The position numbers and the translations under genes are program-made. Positions 50,401-64,000 of a DNA stretch of 64,000 nt are shown in pieces (positions within the stretch are counted from its first letter, which is position 1; every line of letters starts with the position of its first letter). The stretch comes from Haplodiscus bocki (lineage: Eukaryota). The stretch is from the NCBI GenBank assembly GCA_965655095.1, contig OZ296651.1:60884001-60948000 (forward strand). The letters are read 5' to 3'. The notes beneath the pieces are model-generated. The model had not been told where the DNA came from. It was given only the letters and a program-made list of their open reading frames with translations, and ran no database searches.

Positions 50401-53400
50401 CTACGACCGAACTAAACCTTAAGCCTCTCAAATGCTTATCCAGGTAACCCAGTGACCATCACAGAGCCCAGCTCAATTTTATTGTTTGTGCAACCGCATG
50501 AAAAACTTTTGGAAGAGTCGACAAAGGTGAAGGGTACATAGTGATTGACAATTTTCGGCAATAAAAACATGAGAAAGAATAACTCACAGTCTAAACTTGC
50601 ATCAAAACTCATTGCTATACACACTGTTGAAACCGTTCTTCAATTCAAGTGTTATTCAGCACTTTGAGGCATGCTGACTGAGCTAAACTATAGATAATGC
50701 AAAACTTATTGGTAATTCAATTTTTTGTTTCGTTCAAAAAAATTTTTGTTTCGGAAAGAAGCTCAGCAAGCAAAGGAAATGAACTTCCCGCACCATTCGT
50801 ACTACAGTATTACACAATAGCTAAACAGCCGATGCGAAATTAGAACAGATCCTAAAACTGTTTGACTATCCTCTTAAATAACACTGGCTAGCCGTAAATG
50901 TAACAAAGACGCAGAGCTGCACTTCGCCTACAATTGCAACGAAGGTGAGAAGCAGCATCGACTACTTGGTCACTTGTAACGTTTTCATTACAGAAGACTT
51001 TATAAGCAAACGTTGCCACTGAAAAAGAAAAAGCAAAATCAGAAGCGATTCGAAAGAAAGGATAATCATGAATCAGGTTAAGCATTAGAAGGCAGCAATC
51101 AAATCAATTGTCTCCGTTAAAAAGCTTGGAGAAGAGACCAGTCAAAAACTTTTAAATATTAAAGCTACAAAAAAATAAACTCTGCGCAAAAGGCGTGATA
51201 CAGGAAATCACTGTTTCCAGCAAAAATTTCGTATTATGAGCATTAGCATGTGCATTGAATATTCCGATCGATCCCATAGTTTTCGATAATTATATTTATG
51301 AAGAAACATACACAAAAAAAAAAACATTTCAAAACAGAAACAACAGCAAACTCAATTCGTGTAAAAAGTATGAGACGCCTTAAACGAGAATGCTTACTCT
51401 TTGGCACAATTTTTGTACTATTGGTTTTCTAATGGCCACTAGAAGGCTGCAATCGAACCAGTAGTCTTCAAGAAACTGAGAATGTACGCGAAGAAAAATT
51501 TTTCGACGCTCAAACTACAACCGAAGCAATTTCGCGAGCACCAAATGGAATGGCACACTCCCGCTTCTCTACGGTTTCACGATAGTGCTCGCTTTTGCAT
51601 GAGTATTGGTTCGCTGTAATTAAACCGTAAGCTATCTAGAAAACTTGGAAAAAACGCATGAAAGTACGAAGTTCAAAATACAACACGAAACCTTTCTCGT
51701 GAAAAGTACAGAAAGGTCATTACGGATCGCAAATGTAACGCAGCCAAAAAGCTCTGCTTAGCAATAATTTTCAGAGAAGGTGCGAAAGATCATCGATTAA
51801 TTGCTCATTCAATCTAATGTTTCCGTTACATCACATTTTACGAACGAGCGTTTCCACTGAAAAAGAACAAAAAAAACATAGGCCCCAAGGTGAAAAGCGC
51901 AAGGTTCGCGAAGGTACTCAACATCTCAACTACATCGCTGACCAGATGCTTATACAATGCCACAGAACATGTAGCGAAATCTGAGGAGATTAGGCAGAAA
52001 ACAACCATGAGATAACAGCGTAGGTTTAAGGTTACTAACCTAACTTCAAACAAAAGTTGACAGAAAAAAATTCTTATCCCAAAAGTCAGCGGCAACCAGC
52101 CGCTGTTTGGCAATCGGTCTCTCAGAGCAGCGAGGTTTCAAAAATGACAACTGTGTGTTAAGTAAAGAACAACGAATCCGGAAACAAAATTTTCCCCAGA
52201 GAGCCGTGTTTTCTCGATAAAAATTCTCAGAAAACTCGACTAAAAGATTTTTGGCTCAACCCGAGGTGATATGGACACTTAAGGGAGGCTGAGGCATATC
52301 AGTAGACACACGCTCGAGGCAACTTTCCAGTTGATGAGAGTCGTAGTAAATTATCGCCAAGGGCAAAAAAATTTTTGAAAATTGTTCTACATCTAAAGAG
52401 TAACTTGGCCAGACCACCTATCTACGACCGAGCGTAACGAGAAAGCCTCTAAAATGCTTCTCCAGGTAACCCAGTGAGCATCACGGAGCCCAGCTCAATT
52501 TTATTGTTTGTGCAACCGGATAAAAAAATTTGGAAGAGTCAACAAAGGTTAAGGGTACATAGTGAATGACAATTTTCGGCAATTAAAACATGAGAAAAAA
52601 ACTCACAGTCTAAAATTGCATCAAAACTCATTGCTATCCACACTGCTGAAACGGTTCTTCCATTCAAGTGTTATTCAGCACTTTGAGGCATGCTGACTGC
52701 GCTAAACTTAAGATTTTTCAGATAATGCAAAAAATTACTTAAAAATTCATTTTTTTGTATCGGCCAAAAAAATTTTTGTTCTTCAAGAAGCTCAGAAAGC
52801 AAAGAAATTGAACTTCCCGCACCATTTGTACTACAGTATTACACAATAGCTAAACAGCCGATGCGAAATTAGAACAGATCCTAAAACTGTTTGACTATCC
52901 TCTTAAATAACACTGGCTAGCCGTAAATGTAACAAAGACGCAGAGCTGCACTTCGCCTACAATTGCAACGAAGGTGAGAAGCAGCATCGACTACTTGGTC
53001 ACTTGTAACGTTTTCATTACAGAAGACTTTATAAGCAAACGTTGCCACTGAAAAAGAAAAAGCAAAATCAGAAGCGATTCGAAAGAAAGGATAATCATGA
53101 ATCAGGTTAAGCATTAGAAGGCAGCAATCAAATCAATTGTCTCCGTTAAAAAGCTTGGAGAAGAGACCAGTCAAAAACTTTTAAATATTAAAGCTACAAA
53201 AAAATAAACTCTGCGCAAAAGGCGTGATACAGGAAATCACTGTTTCCAGCAAAAATTTCGTATTATGAGCATTAGCATGTGCATTGAATATTCCGATCGA
53301 TCCCATAGTTTTCGATAATTATATTTATGAAGAAACATACACAAAAAAAAAAACATTTCAAAACAGAAACAACAGCAAACTCAATTCGTGTAAAAAGTAT

Positions 53401-56400
53401 GAGACGCCTTAAACGAGAATGCTTACTCTTTGGCACAATTTTTGTACTATTGGTTTTCTAATGGCCACTAGAAGGCTGCAATCGAACCAGTAGTCTTCAA
53501 GAAACTGAGAATGTACGCGAAGAAAAATTTTTCGACGCTCAAACTACAACCGAAGCAATTTCGCGTGCACCAAATGGAATGGCACACTCCCGCTTCTCTA
53601 CGGTTTCACGATAGTGCTCGCTTTTGCATTAGTATTGGTTGGCTGTAAATAAACCGTAAGCTATCTAGAAAACTTGGAAAAAACGCATGAAAGTACGAAG
53701 TTCAAAATACAACACGAAACCTTTCTCGTGAAAAGTACAGAAAGGTCATTACGGATCGCAAATGTAACGCAGCCAAAAAGCTCTGCTTTGCAATAATTTT
53801 CAGAGAAGGTCCGAAAGATCATCGATTAACTGCTCATTCATCCTAATGTTTCCGTTACATCACATTTTACGAACGAGCGTTTCCACTGAAAAAGAACAAA
53901 AAAAACATAGGCCCCAAGGTGAAAAGCGCAAGGCTCGCGAAGGCATTCAACTTCTCAACTACATCGCTGACCAGATGCTTATACAATGCCACAGAACATG
54001 TAGCAAAATCTGGGGAGATTAGGCAGAAAACAACCATGAGATAACAGGGGAGGTTTAAGGTAACTATCCTAACTTCAAACAAAAGTTAACAGAAAAAAAT
54101 TCTGATCCCAAAAGGCAGCGGAAGCCAGCCGCTGTTTGGCAAACGGTGTCTCAGAGCAGCCAGGTTTCAAAAGTTGACAACTGTGTGTTAAGTAAAGAAC
54201 AACGAATCCGGAAACAAAATTTTCCCCAGAAAGCCGTGTTTTCTCGATAAAAATTCTCAGAAAACTCGAATAAAAGATTTTTGGCGCAACCCGAGGTGAT
54301 ATGGACACTTAAGAGAGGCTGAAGGATATTAGACACACGCTCGAGGCAACTTTCCAGGTGATGAGAGTCGTAGTAAATTATCGCCAAGGGCAAAAAAAAA
54401 TTTTAAAAATTGTTCTACATCTAAAGAGTACCTTGGCCAGACCACCTATCTACGACCGAGCGTAACGAGAAAGCCTCTCAAATGCTTCTCCAGGTAACCC
54501 AGTGAGCATCACGGGGCCCGGTTCAATTTTATTGTTTGTGCAACCGCATAAACAAATTTTGGAAGAGTCGACAAAGGTTAAGGTACATAGTGAATGACAA
54601 TTTTCGGCAATTAAAACATGAGAAAAAAACTCACAGTCTAAAATTGCATCAAAACTCATTGCTATCCACACTGCTGAAACGGTTCTTCCATTCAAGTGTT
54701 ATTCAGCACTTTGAGGCACGCTGACTGCGCTAAACTTAAGATTTTTCAGATAATGCAAAAAATTAATTAAAAATTCATTTTTCTCTATCGGCCAAAAAAA
54801 TTTTTGTTTCTTCAAGAAGCTCAGGAAGCAAAGAAATTGAACTTCCCGCACCATTTGTACTATAGTATTACACAATAGCTAAACAGCCGATGCGAAACTA
54901 GAACAGATCCTAGAACTGTTTGACTATCCTCTTAAATAACACTGGCTAGCCGTAAATGTAACAAAGACGCAGAGCTGCACTTCGCCTACAATTGCAACGA
55001 AGGTGAGAAGCAGCATCGACTACTTGCTCACTTGTAACGTTTTCATTACAGAAGACTTTATAAGCAAACGTTGCCACTCAAAAGGAAAAAGCAAAATCAG
55101 AAGCGATTCGAAAGAAATGATCATCATGAATCAGGTTAAGCATTAGAAGGCAGCAATCCAATCAATTGTCTCCGTTAAAAAGCTTGGAGAAGAGACCAGG
55201 CAAAAACTTTCAAATATTAAAGCTACAAAAAAATAAACTCTGCGCAAAAGGCGTGATACAGGAAATCACTGGTTTCCAGCAAAAATTTCGTATTATGAGC
55301 ATTAGCATGTGCATTGTATATTCCGATCGATCCCATAGTTTTCGATAATTATATTTATGAAGAAAGATACACAAAAAAACATTTCAAAACAGAAACAACA
55401 GCAAACTCAATTCGTGTAAAAAGTATGAGACGCCTTAAACGAGAATGCTTATTCTTTGGCACAATTTTTGTACTATTGGTTTTCTAATGGCCACTAGAAG
55501 GCTGCAATCGAACCAGTATTCTTCAAAAAACTGAGAATGTACGCGAAGAAAAATTTTTCGACGCTCAAACTACAACCGAAGCAATTTCGCGAGCACCAAA
55601 TGGAATGGCACACTCCCGCTTCTCTACGGTTTCACGATAGTGCTCGCTTTTGCATGAGTATTGGTTCGCTGTAATTAAACCGTAAGCTATCTAGAAAACT
55701 TGGAAAAAACGCATGAAAGTACGAAGTTCAAAATACAACACGAAACCTTTCTCGTGAAAAGTACAGAAAGGTCATTACGGATCGCAAATGTAACGCAGCC
55801 AAAAAGCTCTGCTTAGCAATAATTTTCAGAGAAGGTGCGAAAGATCATCGATTATTTGCTCATTCAATCTAATGTTTCCGTTACATCACATTTTACGAAC
55901 GAGCGTTTCCACTGAAAAAGAACAAAAAAAACATAGGCCCCAAGGTGAAAAGCGCAAGGTTCGCGAAGGTACTCAACATCTCAACTACATCGCTGACCAG
56001 ATGCTTATACAATGCCACAGAACATGTAGCGAAATCTGAGGAGATTAGGCAGAAAACAACCATGAGATAACAGCGTAGGTTTAAGGTTACTAACCTAACT
56101 TCAAACAAAAGTTGACAGAAAAAAATTCTTATCGCAAAAGTCAGCGGAAACCAGCCGCTGTTTGGCAATCGGTCTCTCAGAGCAGCGAGGTTTCAAAAAT
56201 GACAACTGTGTGTTAAGTAAAGAACAACGAATCCGGAAACAAAATTTTCCCCAGAGAGCCGTGTTTTCTCGATAAAAATTCTCAGAAAACTCGACTAAAA
56301 GATTTTTGGCTCAACCCGAGGTGATATGGACACTTAAGGGAGGCTGAGGGATATCAGTAGACACACGCTCGAGGCAATTTTCAAGGTGATGAGAGTCTTA

Positions 56401-59400
56401 GTAAATTATCGCCAAGAGCAAAAAAATTGAAAAAAATTGTTCTACATCTAAAGAGTACCTTGGCCAGACCACCTATCTACGACCGAACTAAACCTTAAGC
56501 CTCTCAAATGCTTATCCAGGTAACCCAGTGACCATCACAGAGCCCAGCTCAATTTTATTGTTTGTGCAACCGCATGAAAAACTTTTGGAAGAGTCGACAA
56601 AGGTGAAGGGTACATAGTGATTGACAATTTTCGGCAATAAAAACATGAGAAAGAATAACTCACAGTCTAAACTTGCATCAAAACTCATTGCTATACACAC
56701 TGTTGAAACCGTTCTTCAATTCAAGTGTTATTCAGCACTTTGAGGCATGCTGACTGAGCTAAACTATAGATAATGCAAAACTTATTGGTAATTCAATTTT
56801 TTGTTTCGTTCAAAAAAATTTTTGTTTCGGAAAGAAGCTCAGCAAGCAAAGGAAATGAACTTCCCGCACCATTCGTACTACAGTATTACACGATAGCTAA
56901 ACAGCCGATGCGAGTTTCGAACAGATCCGAGAACTGTTTGACTATGCTATTCCATAACACTGGCTAGCCGTAAATGTAACAAAGACGCAGAGCTGCACTT
57001 CGCCTACAATTGCAACGAAGGTGAGAAGCAGCATCGACTACTTGCTCACTTGTAACTTTTTCATTACAGAAGACTTCATAAGCAAACGTTGCCACTCAAA
57101 ATGAAAAAGCAAAATCAGAAGCGATTCGAAAGAAATGATCATGAAACAGGCTAAGCATTAGAAGGCAGCAATCCAATCAATTGTCTCCGTTAAAAAGCTT
57201 GGAGAAGAGACCAGTCAAAAACTTTTAAATATTAAAGCTACAAAAAAAAACTCTGCGCAAAAGGCGTGATACAGGAAATCACTGTTTCCAGCAAAAATTT
57301 CGTATTATGAGCATTAGCATGTGCATTGAATATTCCGATCGATCCCATAGTTTTCGATAATTATATTTATGAAGAAAGATACACAAAAAAACATTTCAAA
57401 ACAGAAACAACAGCAAACTCAATTAGTGTATAAAGTATGAGACGCCCTAAACGAGAATGCTTACGAAATAGCACAATTTTTGTACTATTGGTTTTCTAAT
57501 GGCCACTAGAAGGCTGCAATCGAACCAATATTCTTCAAAAAACTGAGAATGTACGCGAAGAAAAATTTTTCGACGCTCAAACTACAACCGAAGCAATTTC
57601 GCGTGCATCAAATGGAATGACACACTCCCGCTTCTCTACGGTTTCACGATAGTGCTCGCTTTTGCATGAGTATTGGTTGGCTGTAATTAAACCGTAAGCT
57701 ATCTAGAAAACTTGAAAACGCATGAAAGTACGAAGTTCAAAATACAACACGAAACCTTTCTCGTGAAAAGTACAGAAAGGTCATTACGGATCGCAAATGT
57801 AACGCAGCCAAAAAGCTCTGCTTTGCAATAATTTTCAGAGAAGGTCCGAAAGATCATCGATTAACTGCTCATTCATCCTAATGTTTCCGTTACATCACAT
57901 TTTACGAACGAGCGTTTCCACTGAAAAAGAACAAAAAAAACATAGGCCCCAAGGTGAAAAGCGCAAGGCTCGCGAAGGCATTCAACTTCTCAACTACATC
58001 GCTGACCAGATGCTTATACAATGCCACAGAACATGTAGCAAAATCTGGGGAGATTAGGCAGAAAACAACCATGAGATAACAGGGGAGGTTTAAGGTAACT
58101 ATCCTAACTTCAAACAAAAGTTAACAGAAAAAAATTCTGATCCCAAAAGGCAGCGGAAGCCAGCCGCTGTTTGGCAAACGGTGTCTCAGAGCAGCCAGGT
58201 TTCAAAAGTTGACAACTGTGTGTTAAGTAAAGAACAACGAATCCGGAAACAAAATTTTCCCCAGAAAGCCGTGTTTTCTCGATAAAAATTCTCAGAAAAC
58301 TCGAATAAAAGATTTTTGGCGCAACCCGAGGTGATATGGACACTTAAGAGAGGCTGAAGGATATTAGACACACGCTCGAGGCAATTTTCAAGGTGATGAG
58401 AGTCTTAGTAAATTATCGCCAAGAGCAAAAAAATTGAAAAAAATTGTTCTACATCTAAAGAGTACCTTGGCCAGACCACCTATCTACGACCGAACTAAAC
58501 CTTAAGCCTCTCAAATGCTTATCCAGGTAACCCAGTGACCATCACAGAGCCCAGCTCAATTTTATTGTTTGTGCAACCGCATAAACAAATTTTGGAAGAG
58601 TCGACAAAGGTTAAGGTACATAGTGAATGACAATTTTCGGCAATTAAAACATGAGAAAAAAAACTCACAGTCTAAAATTGCATCAAAACTCATTGCTATC
58701 CACACTGCTGAAACGGTTCTTCCATTCAAGTGTTATTCAGCACTTTGAGGCACGCTGACTGCGCTAAACTTAAGATTTTTCAGATAATGCAAAAAATTAA
58801 TTAAAAATTCATTTTTCTCTATCGGCCAAAAAAATTTTTGTTTCTTCAAGAAGCTCAGGAAGCAAAGAAATTGAACTTCCCGCACCATTTGTACTATAGT
58901 ATTACACAATAGCTAAACAGCCGATGCGAAACTAGAACAGATCCTAGAACTGTTTGACTATCCTCTTAAATAACACTGGCTAGCCGTAAATGTAACAAAG
59001 ACGCAGAGCTGCACTTCGCCTACAATTGCAACGAAGGTGAGAAGCAGCATCGACTACTTGCTCACTTGTAACGTTTTCATTACAGAAGACTTTATAAGCA
59101 AACGTTGCCACTCAAAAGGAAAAAGCAAAATCAGAAGCGATTCGAAAGAAATGATCATCATGAATCAGGTTAAGCATTAGAAGGCAGCAATCCAATCAAT
59201 TGTCTCCGTTAAAAAGCTTGGAGAAGAGACCAGGCAAAAACTTTCAAATATTAAAGCTACAAAAAAATAAACTCTGCGCAAAAGGCGTGATACAGGAAAT
59301 CACTGGTTTCCAGCAAAAATTTCGTATTATGAGCATTAGCATGTGCATTGTATATTCCGATCGATCCCATAGTTTTCGATAATTATATTTATGAAGAAAG

Positions 59401-62400
59401 ATACACAAAAAAACATTTCAAAACAGAAACAACAGCAAACTCAATTCGTGTAAAAAGTATGAGACGCCTTAAACGAGAATGCTTATTCTTTGGCACAATT
59501 TTTGTACTATTGGTTTTCTAATGGCCACTAGAAGGCTGCAATCGAACCAGTATTCTTCAAAAAACTGAGAATGTACGCGAAGAAAAATTTTTCGACGCTC
59601 AAACTACAACCGAAGCAATTTCGCGAGCACCAAATGGAATGGCACACTCCCGCTTCTCTACGGTTTCACGATAGTGCTCGCTTTTGCATGAGTATTGGTT
59701 CGCTGTAATTAAACCGTAAGCTATCTAGAAAACTTGGAAAAAACGCATGAAAGTACGAAGTTCAAAATACAACACGAAACCTTTCTCGTGAAAAGTACAG
59801 AAAGGTCATTACGGATCGCAAATGTAACGCAGCCAAAAAGCTCTGCTTAGCAATAATTTTCAGAGAAGGTGCGAAAGATCATCGATTATTTGCTCATTCA
59901 ATCTAATGTTTCCGTTACATCACATTTTACGAACGAGCGTTTCCACTGAAAAAGAACAAAAAAAACATAGGCCCCAAGGTGAAAAGCGCAAGGTTCGCGA
60001 AGGTACTCAACATCTCAACTACATCGCTGACCAGATGCTTATACAATGCCACAGAACATGTAGCGAAATCTGAGGAGATTAGGCAGAAAACAACCATGAG
60101 ATAACAGCGTAGGTTTAAGGTTACTAACCTAACTTCAAACAAAAGTTGACAGAAAAAAATTCTTATCGCAAAAGTCAGCGGAAACCAGCCGCTGTTTGGC
60201 AATCGGTCTCTCAGAGCAGCGAGGTTTCAAAAATGACAACTGTGTGTTAAGTAAAGAACAACGAATCCGGAAACAAAATTTTCCCCAGAGAGCCGTGTTT
60301 TCTCGATAAAAATTCTCAGAAAACTCGACTAAAAGATTTTTGGCTCAACCCGAGGTGATATGGACACTTAAGGGAGGCTGAGGGATATCAGTAGACACAC
60401 GCTCGAGGCAATTTTCAAGGTGATGAGAGTCTTAGTAAATTATCGCCAAGAGCAAAAAAATTGAAAAAAATTGTTCTACATCTAAAGAGTACCTTGGCCA
60501 GACCACCTATCTACGACCGAACTAAACCTTAAGCCTCTCAAATGCTTATCCAGGTAACCCAGTGACCATCACAGAGCCCAGCTCAATTTTATTGTTTGTG
60601 CAACCGCATGAAAAACTTTTGGAAGAGTCGACAAAGGTGAAGGGTACATAGTGATTGACAATTTTCGGCAATAAAAACATGAGAAAGAATAACTCACAGT
60701 CTAAACTTGCATCAAAACTCATTGCTATACACACTGTTGAAACCGTTCTTCAATTCAAGTGTTATTCAGCACTTTGAGGCATGCTGACTGAGCTAAACTA
60801 TAGATAATGCAAAACTTATTGGTAATTCAATTTTTTGTTTCGTTCAAAAAAATTTTTGTTTCGGAAAGAAGCTCAGCAAGCAAAGGAAATGAACTTCCCG
60901 CACCATTCGTACTACAGTATTACACGATAGCTAAACAGCCGATGCGAGTTTCGAACAGATCCGAGAACTGTTTGACTATGCTATTCCATAACACTGGCTA
61001 GCCGTAAATGTAACAAAGACGCAGAGCTGCACTTCGCCTACAATTGCAACGAAGGTGAGAAGCAGCATCGACTACTTGCTCACTTGTAACTTTTTCATTA
61101 CAGAAGACTTCATAAGCAAACGTTGCCACTCAAAATGAAAAAGCAAAATCAGAAGCGATTCGAAAGAAATGATCATGAAACAGGCTAAGCATTAGAAGGC
61201 AGCAATCCAATCAATTGTCTCCGTTAAAAAGCTTGGAGAAGAGACCAGTCAAAAACTTTTAAATATTAAAGCTACAAAAAAAAACTGCGCAAAAGGCGTG
61301 ATACAGGAAATCACTGTTTCCAGCAAAAATTTCGTATTATGAGCATTAGCATGTGCATTGAATATTCCGATCGATCCCATAGTTTTCGATAATTATATTT
61401 ATGAAGAAAGATACACAAAAAAACATTTCAAAACAGAAACAACAGCAAACTCAATTAGTGTATAAAGTATGAGACGCCCTAAACGAGAATGCTTACGAAA
61501 TAGCACAATTTTTGTACTATTGGTTTTCTAATGGCCACTAGAAGGCTGCAATCGAACCAATATTCTTCAAAAAACTGAGAATGTACGCGAAGAAAAATTT
61601 TTCGACGCTCAAACTACAACCGAAGCAATTTCGCGTGCATCAAATGGAATGACACACTCCCGCTTCTCTACGGTTTCACGATAGTGCTCGCTTTTGCATG
61701 AGTATTGGTTGGCTGTAATTAAACCGTAAGCTATCTAGAAAACTTGAAAACGCATGAAAGTACGAAGTTCAAAATACAACACGAAACCTTTCTCGTGAAA
61801 AGTACAGAAAGGTCATTACGGATCGCAAATGTAACGCAGCCAAAAAGCTCTGCTTTGCAATAATTTTCAGAGAAGGTCCGAAAGATCATCGATTAACTGC
61901 TCATTCATCCTAATGTTTCCGTTACATCACATTTTACGAACGAGCGTTTCCACTGAAAAAGAACAAAAAAAACATAGGCCCCAAGGTGAAAAGCGCAAGG
62001 CTCGCGAAGGCATTCAACTTCTCAACTACATCGCTGACCAGATGCTTATACAATGCCACAGAACATGTAGCAAAATCTGGGGAGATTAGGCAGAAAACAA
62101 CCATGAGATAACAGGGGAGGTTTAAGGTAACTATCCTAACTTCAAACAAAAGTTAACAGAAAAAAATTCTGATCCCAAAAGGCAGCGGAAGCCAGCCGCT
62201 GTTTGGCAAACGGTGTCTCAGAGCAGCCAGGTTTCAAAAGTTGACAACTGTGTGTTAAGTAAAGAACAACGAATCCGGAAACAAAATTTTCCCCAGAAAG
62301 CCGTGTTTTCTCGATAAAAATTCTCAGAAAACTCGAATAAAAGATTTTTGGCGCAACCCGAGGTGATATGGACACTTAAGAGAGGCTGAAGGATATTAGA

Positions 62401-64000
62401 CACACGCTCGAGGCAATTTTCAAGGTGATGAGAGTCTTAGTAAATTATCGCCAAGAGCAAAAAAATTGAAAAAAATTGTTCTACATCTAAAGAGTACCTT
62501 GGCCAGACCACCTATCTACGACCGAACTAAACCTTAAGCCTCTCAAATGCTTATCCAGGTAACCCAGTGACCATCACAGAGCCCAGCTCAATTTTATTGT
62601 TTGTGCAACCGCATGAAAAACTTTTGGAAGAGTCGACAAAGGTGAAGGGTACATAGTGATTGACAATTTTCGGCAATAAAAACATGAGAAAGAATAACTC
62701 ACAGTCTAAACTTGCATCAAAACTCATTGCTATACACACTGTTGAAACCGTTCTTCAATTCAAGTGTTATTCAGCACTTTGAGGCATGCTGACTGAGCTA
62801 AACTATAGATAATGCAAAACTTATTGGTAATTCAATTTTTTGTTTCGTTCAAAAAAATTTTTGTTTCGGAAAGAAGCTCAGCAAGCAAAGGAAATGAACT
62901 TCCCGCACCATTTGTACTACAGTATTACACGATAGCTAAACAGCCGATGCGAGTTTCGAACAGATCCGAGAACTGTTTGACTATGCTATTCCATAACACT
63001 GGCTAGCCGTAAATGTAACAAAGACGCAGAGCTGCACTTCGCCTACAATTGCAACGAAGGTGAGAAGCAGCATCGACTACTTGCTCACTTGTAACTTTTT
63101 CATTACAGAAGACTTCATAAGCAAACGTTGCCACTCAAAATGAAAAAGCAAAATCAGAAGCGATTCGAAAGAAATGATCATGAAACAGGCTAAGCATTAG
63201 AAGGCAGCAATCCAATCAATTGTCTCCGTTAAAAAGCTTGGAGAAGAGACCAGTCAAAAACTTTTAAATATTAAAGCTACAAAAAAAACTGCGCAAAAGG
63301 CGTGATACAGGAAATCACTGTTTCCAGCAAAAATTTCGTATTATGAGCATTAGCATGTGCATTGAATATTCCGATCGATCCCATAGTTTTCGATAATTAT
63401 ATTTATGAAGAAAGATACACAAAAAAACATTTCAAAACAGAAACAACAGCAAACTCAATTAGTGTATAAAGTATGAGACGCCCTAAACGAGAATGCTTAC
63501 GAAATAGCACAATTTTTGTACTATTGGTTTTCTAATGGCCACTAGAAGGCTGCAATCGAACCAATATTCTTCAAAAAACTGAGAATGTACGCGAAGAAAA
63601 ATTTTTCGACGCTCAAACTACAACCGAAGCAATTTCGCGTGCATCAAATGGAATGACACACTCCCGCTTCTCTACGGTTTCACGATAGTGCTCGCTTTTG
63701 CATGAGTATTGGTTGGCTGTAATTAAACCGTAAGCTATCTAGAAAACTTGAAAACGCATGAAAGTACGAAGTTCAAAATACAACACGAAACCTTTCTCGT
63801 GAAAAGTACAGAAAGGTCATTACGGATCGCAAATGTAACGCAGCCAAAAAGCTCTGCTTTGCAATAATTTTCAGAGAAGGTGCGAAAGATCATCGATTAA
63901 TTGCTCATTCAATCTAATGTTTCCGTCACATCACAATTTACGAACGAGCGTTTCCACTGAAAAAGAACAAAGAAAACATAGGCGCCAAGCTGAAAAGCGC
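36563..64000. repeat. Head-to-tail macrosatellite, unit about 2.03 kb, 13 full copies plus 1 partial, running off the window end
   Basis: The marker GAACTTCCCGC occurs at 36587, 38617, 40649, 42677, 44707, 46733, 48763, 50781, 52810, 54839, 56857, 58873, 60891 and 62896 (spacings 2005-2032 bp). The ORF track repeats with the same period. Confidence 0.99.

Noticed and set aside
36913-63006. The many recurring 60-126-aa ORFs in the array as real small proteins
   Set aside because: They recur only because the DNA is repeated. They mostly start at TTG/GTG, change length between units through homopolymer indels, and are fragments or off-frames of the decayed receptor.
36563-64000. CRISPR array, rDNA, histone cluster or viral/Polinton tandem
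   Set aside because: Whole 2-kb units repeat with no unique spacers. I found no rRNA, histone, capsid, integrase or polymerase motifs in the frames I translated.

Overview
This is AT-rich, repeat-dense eukaryotic DNA, probably from an invertebrate animal, and not a prokaryotic locus. It has GT-AG introns, LINE/LTR/MITE/Helitron-like debris and no operon-like ORFs. The left 36.5 kb is a graveyard of decayed transposons and pseudogenes. It holds one apparently intact small 4-exon gene (minus strand, 11288->10314, about 143 aa, two hydrophobic segments, no family recognised), a spliced rhodopsin-class GPCR pseudogene (9389->6273), an inverted pair of LINE 3' relics sharing a 186-bp perfect tract, a solo LTR, a MITE and an old colinear duplication. 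The right 27.4 kb (about 36563 to the window end) is a head-to-tail macrosatellite of about 2.03-kb units (13 full plus 1 partial). Read across frameshifts on the minus strand, each unit looks like a dead intronless leucine-rich-repeat GPCR (LGR/GRL101-like: signal peptide, LRR N-cap, LRRs, TM1-TM5). The missing TM6/TM7-like sequence lies once, in the unique flank next to the first unit. The array appears to have amplified after the gene died, and shows dimer/trimer higher-order structure, recombinant units and a 109-nt invariant core. All protein-family calls come from manual translation and motif recognition and need HMM confirmation.
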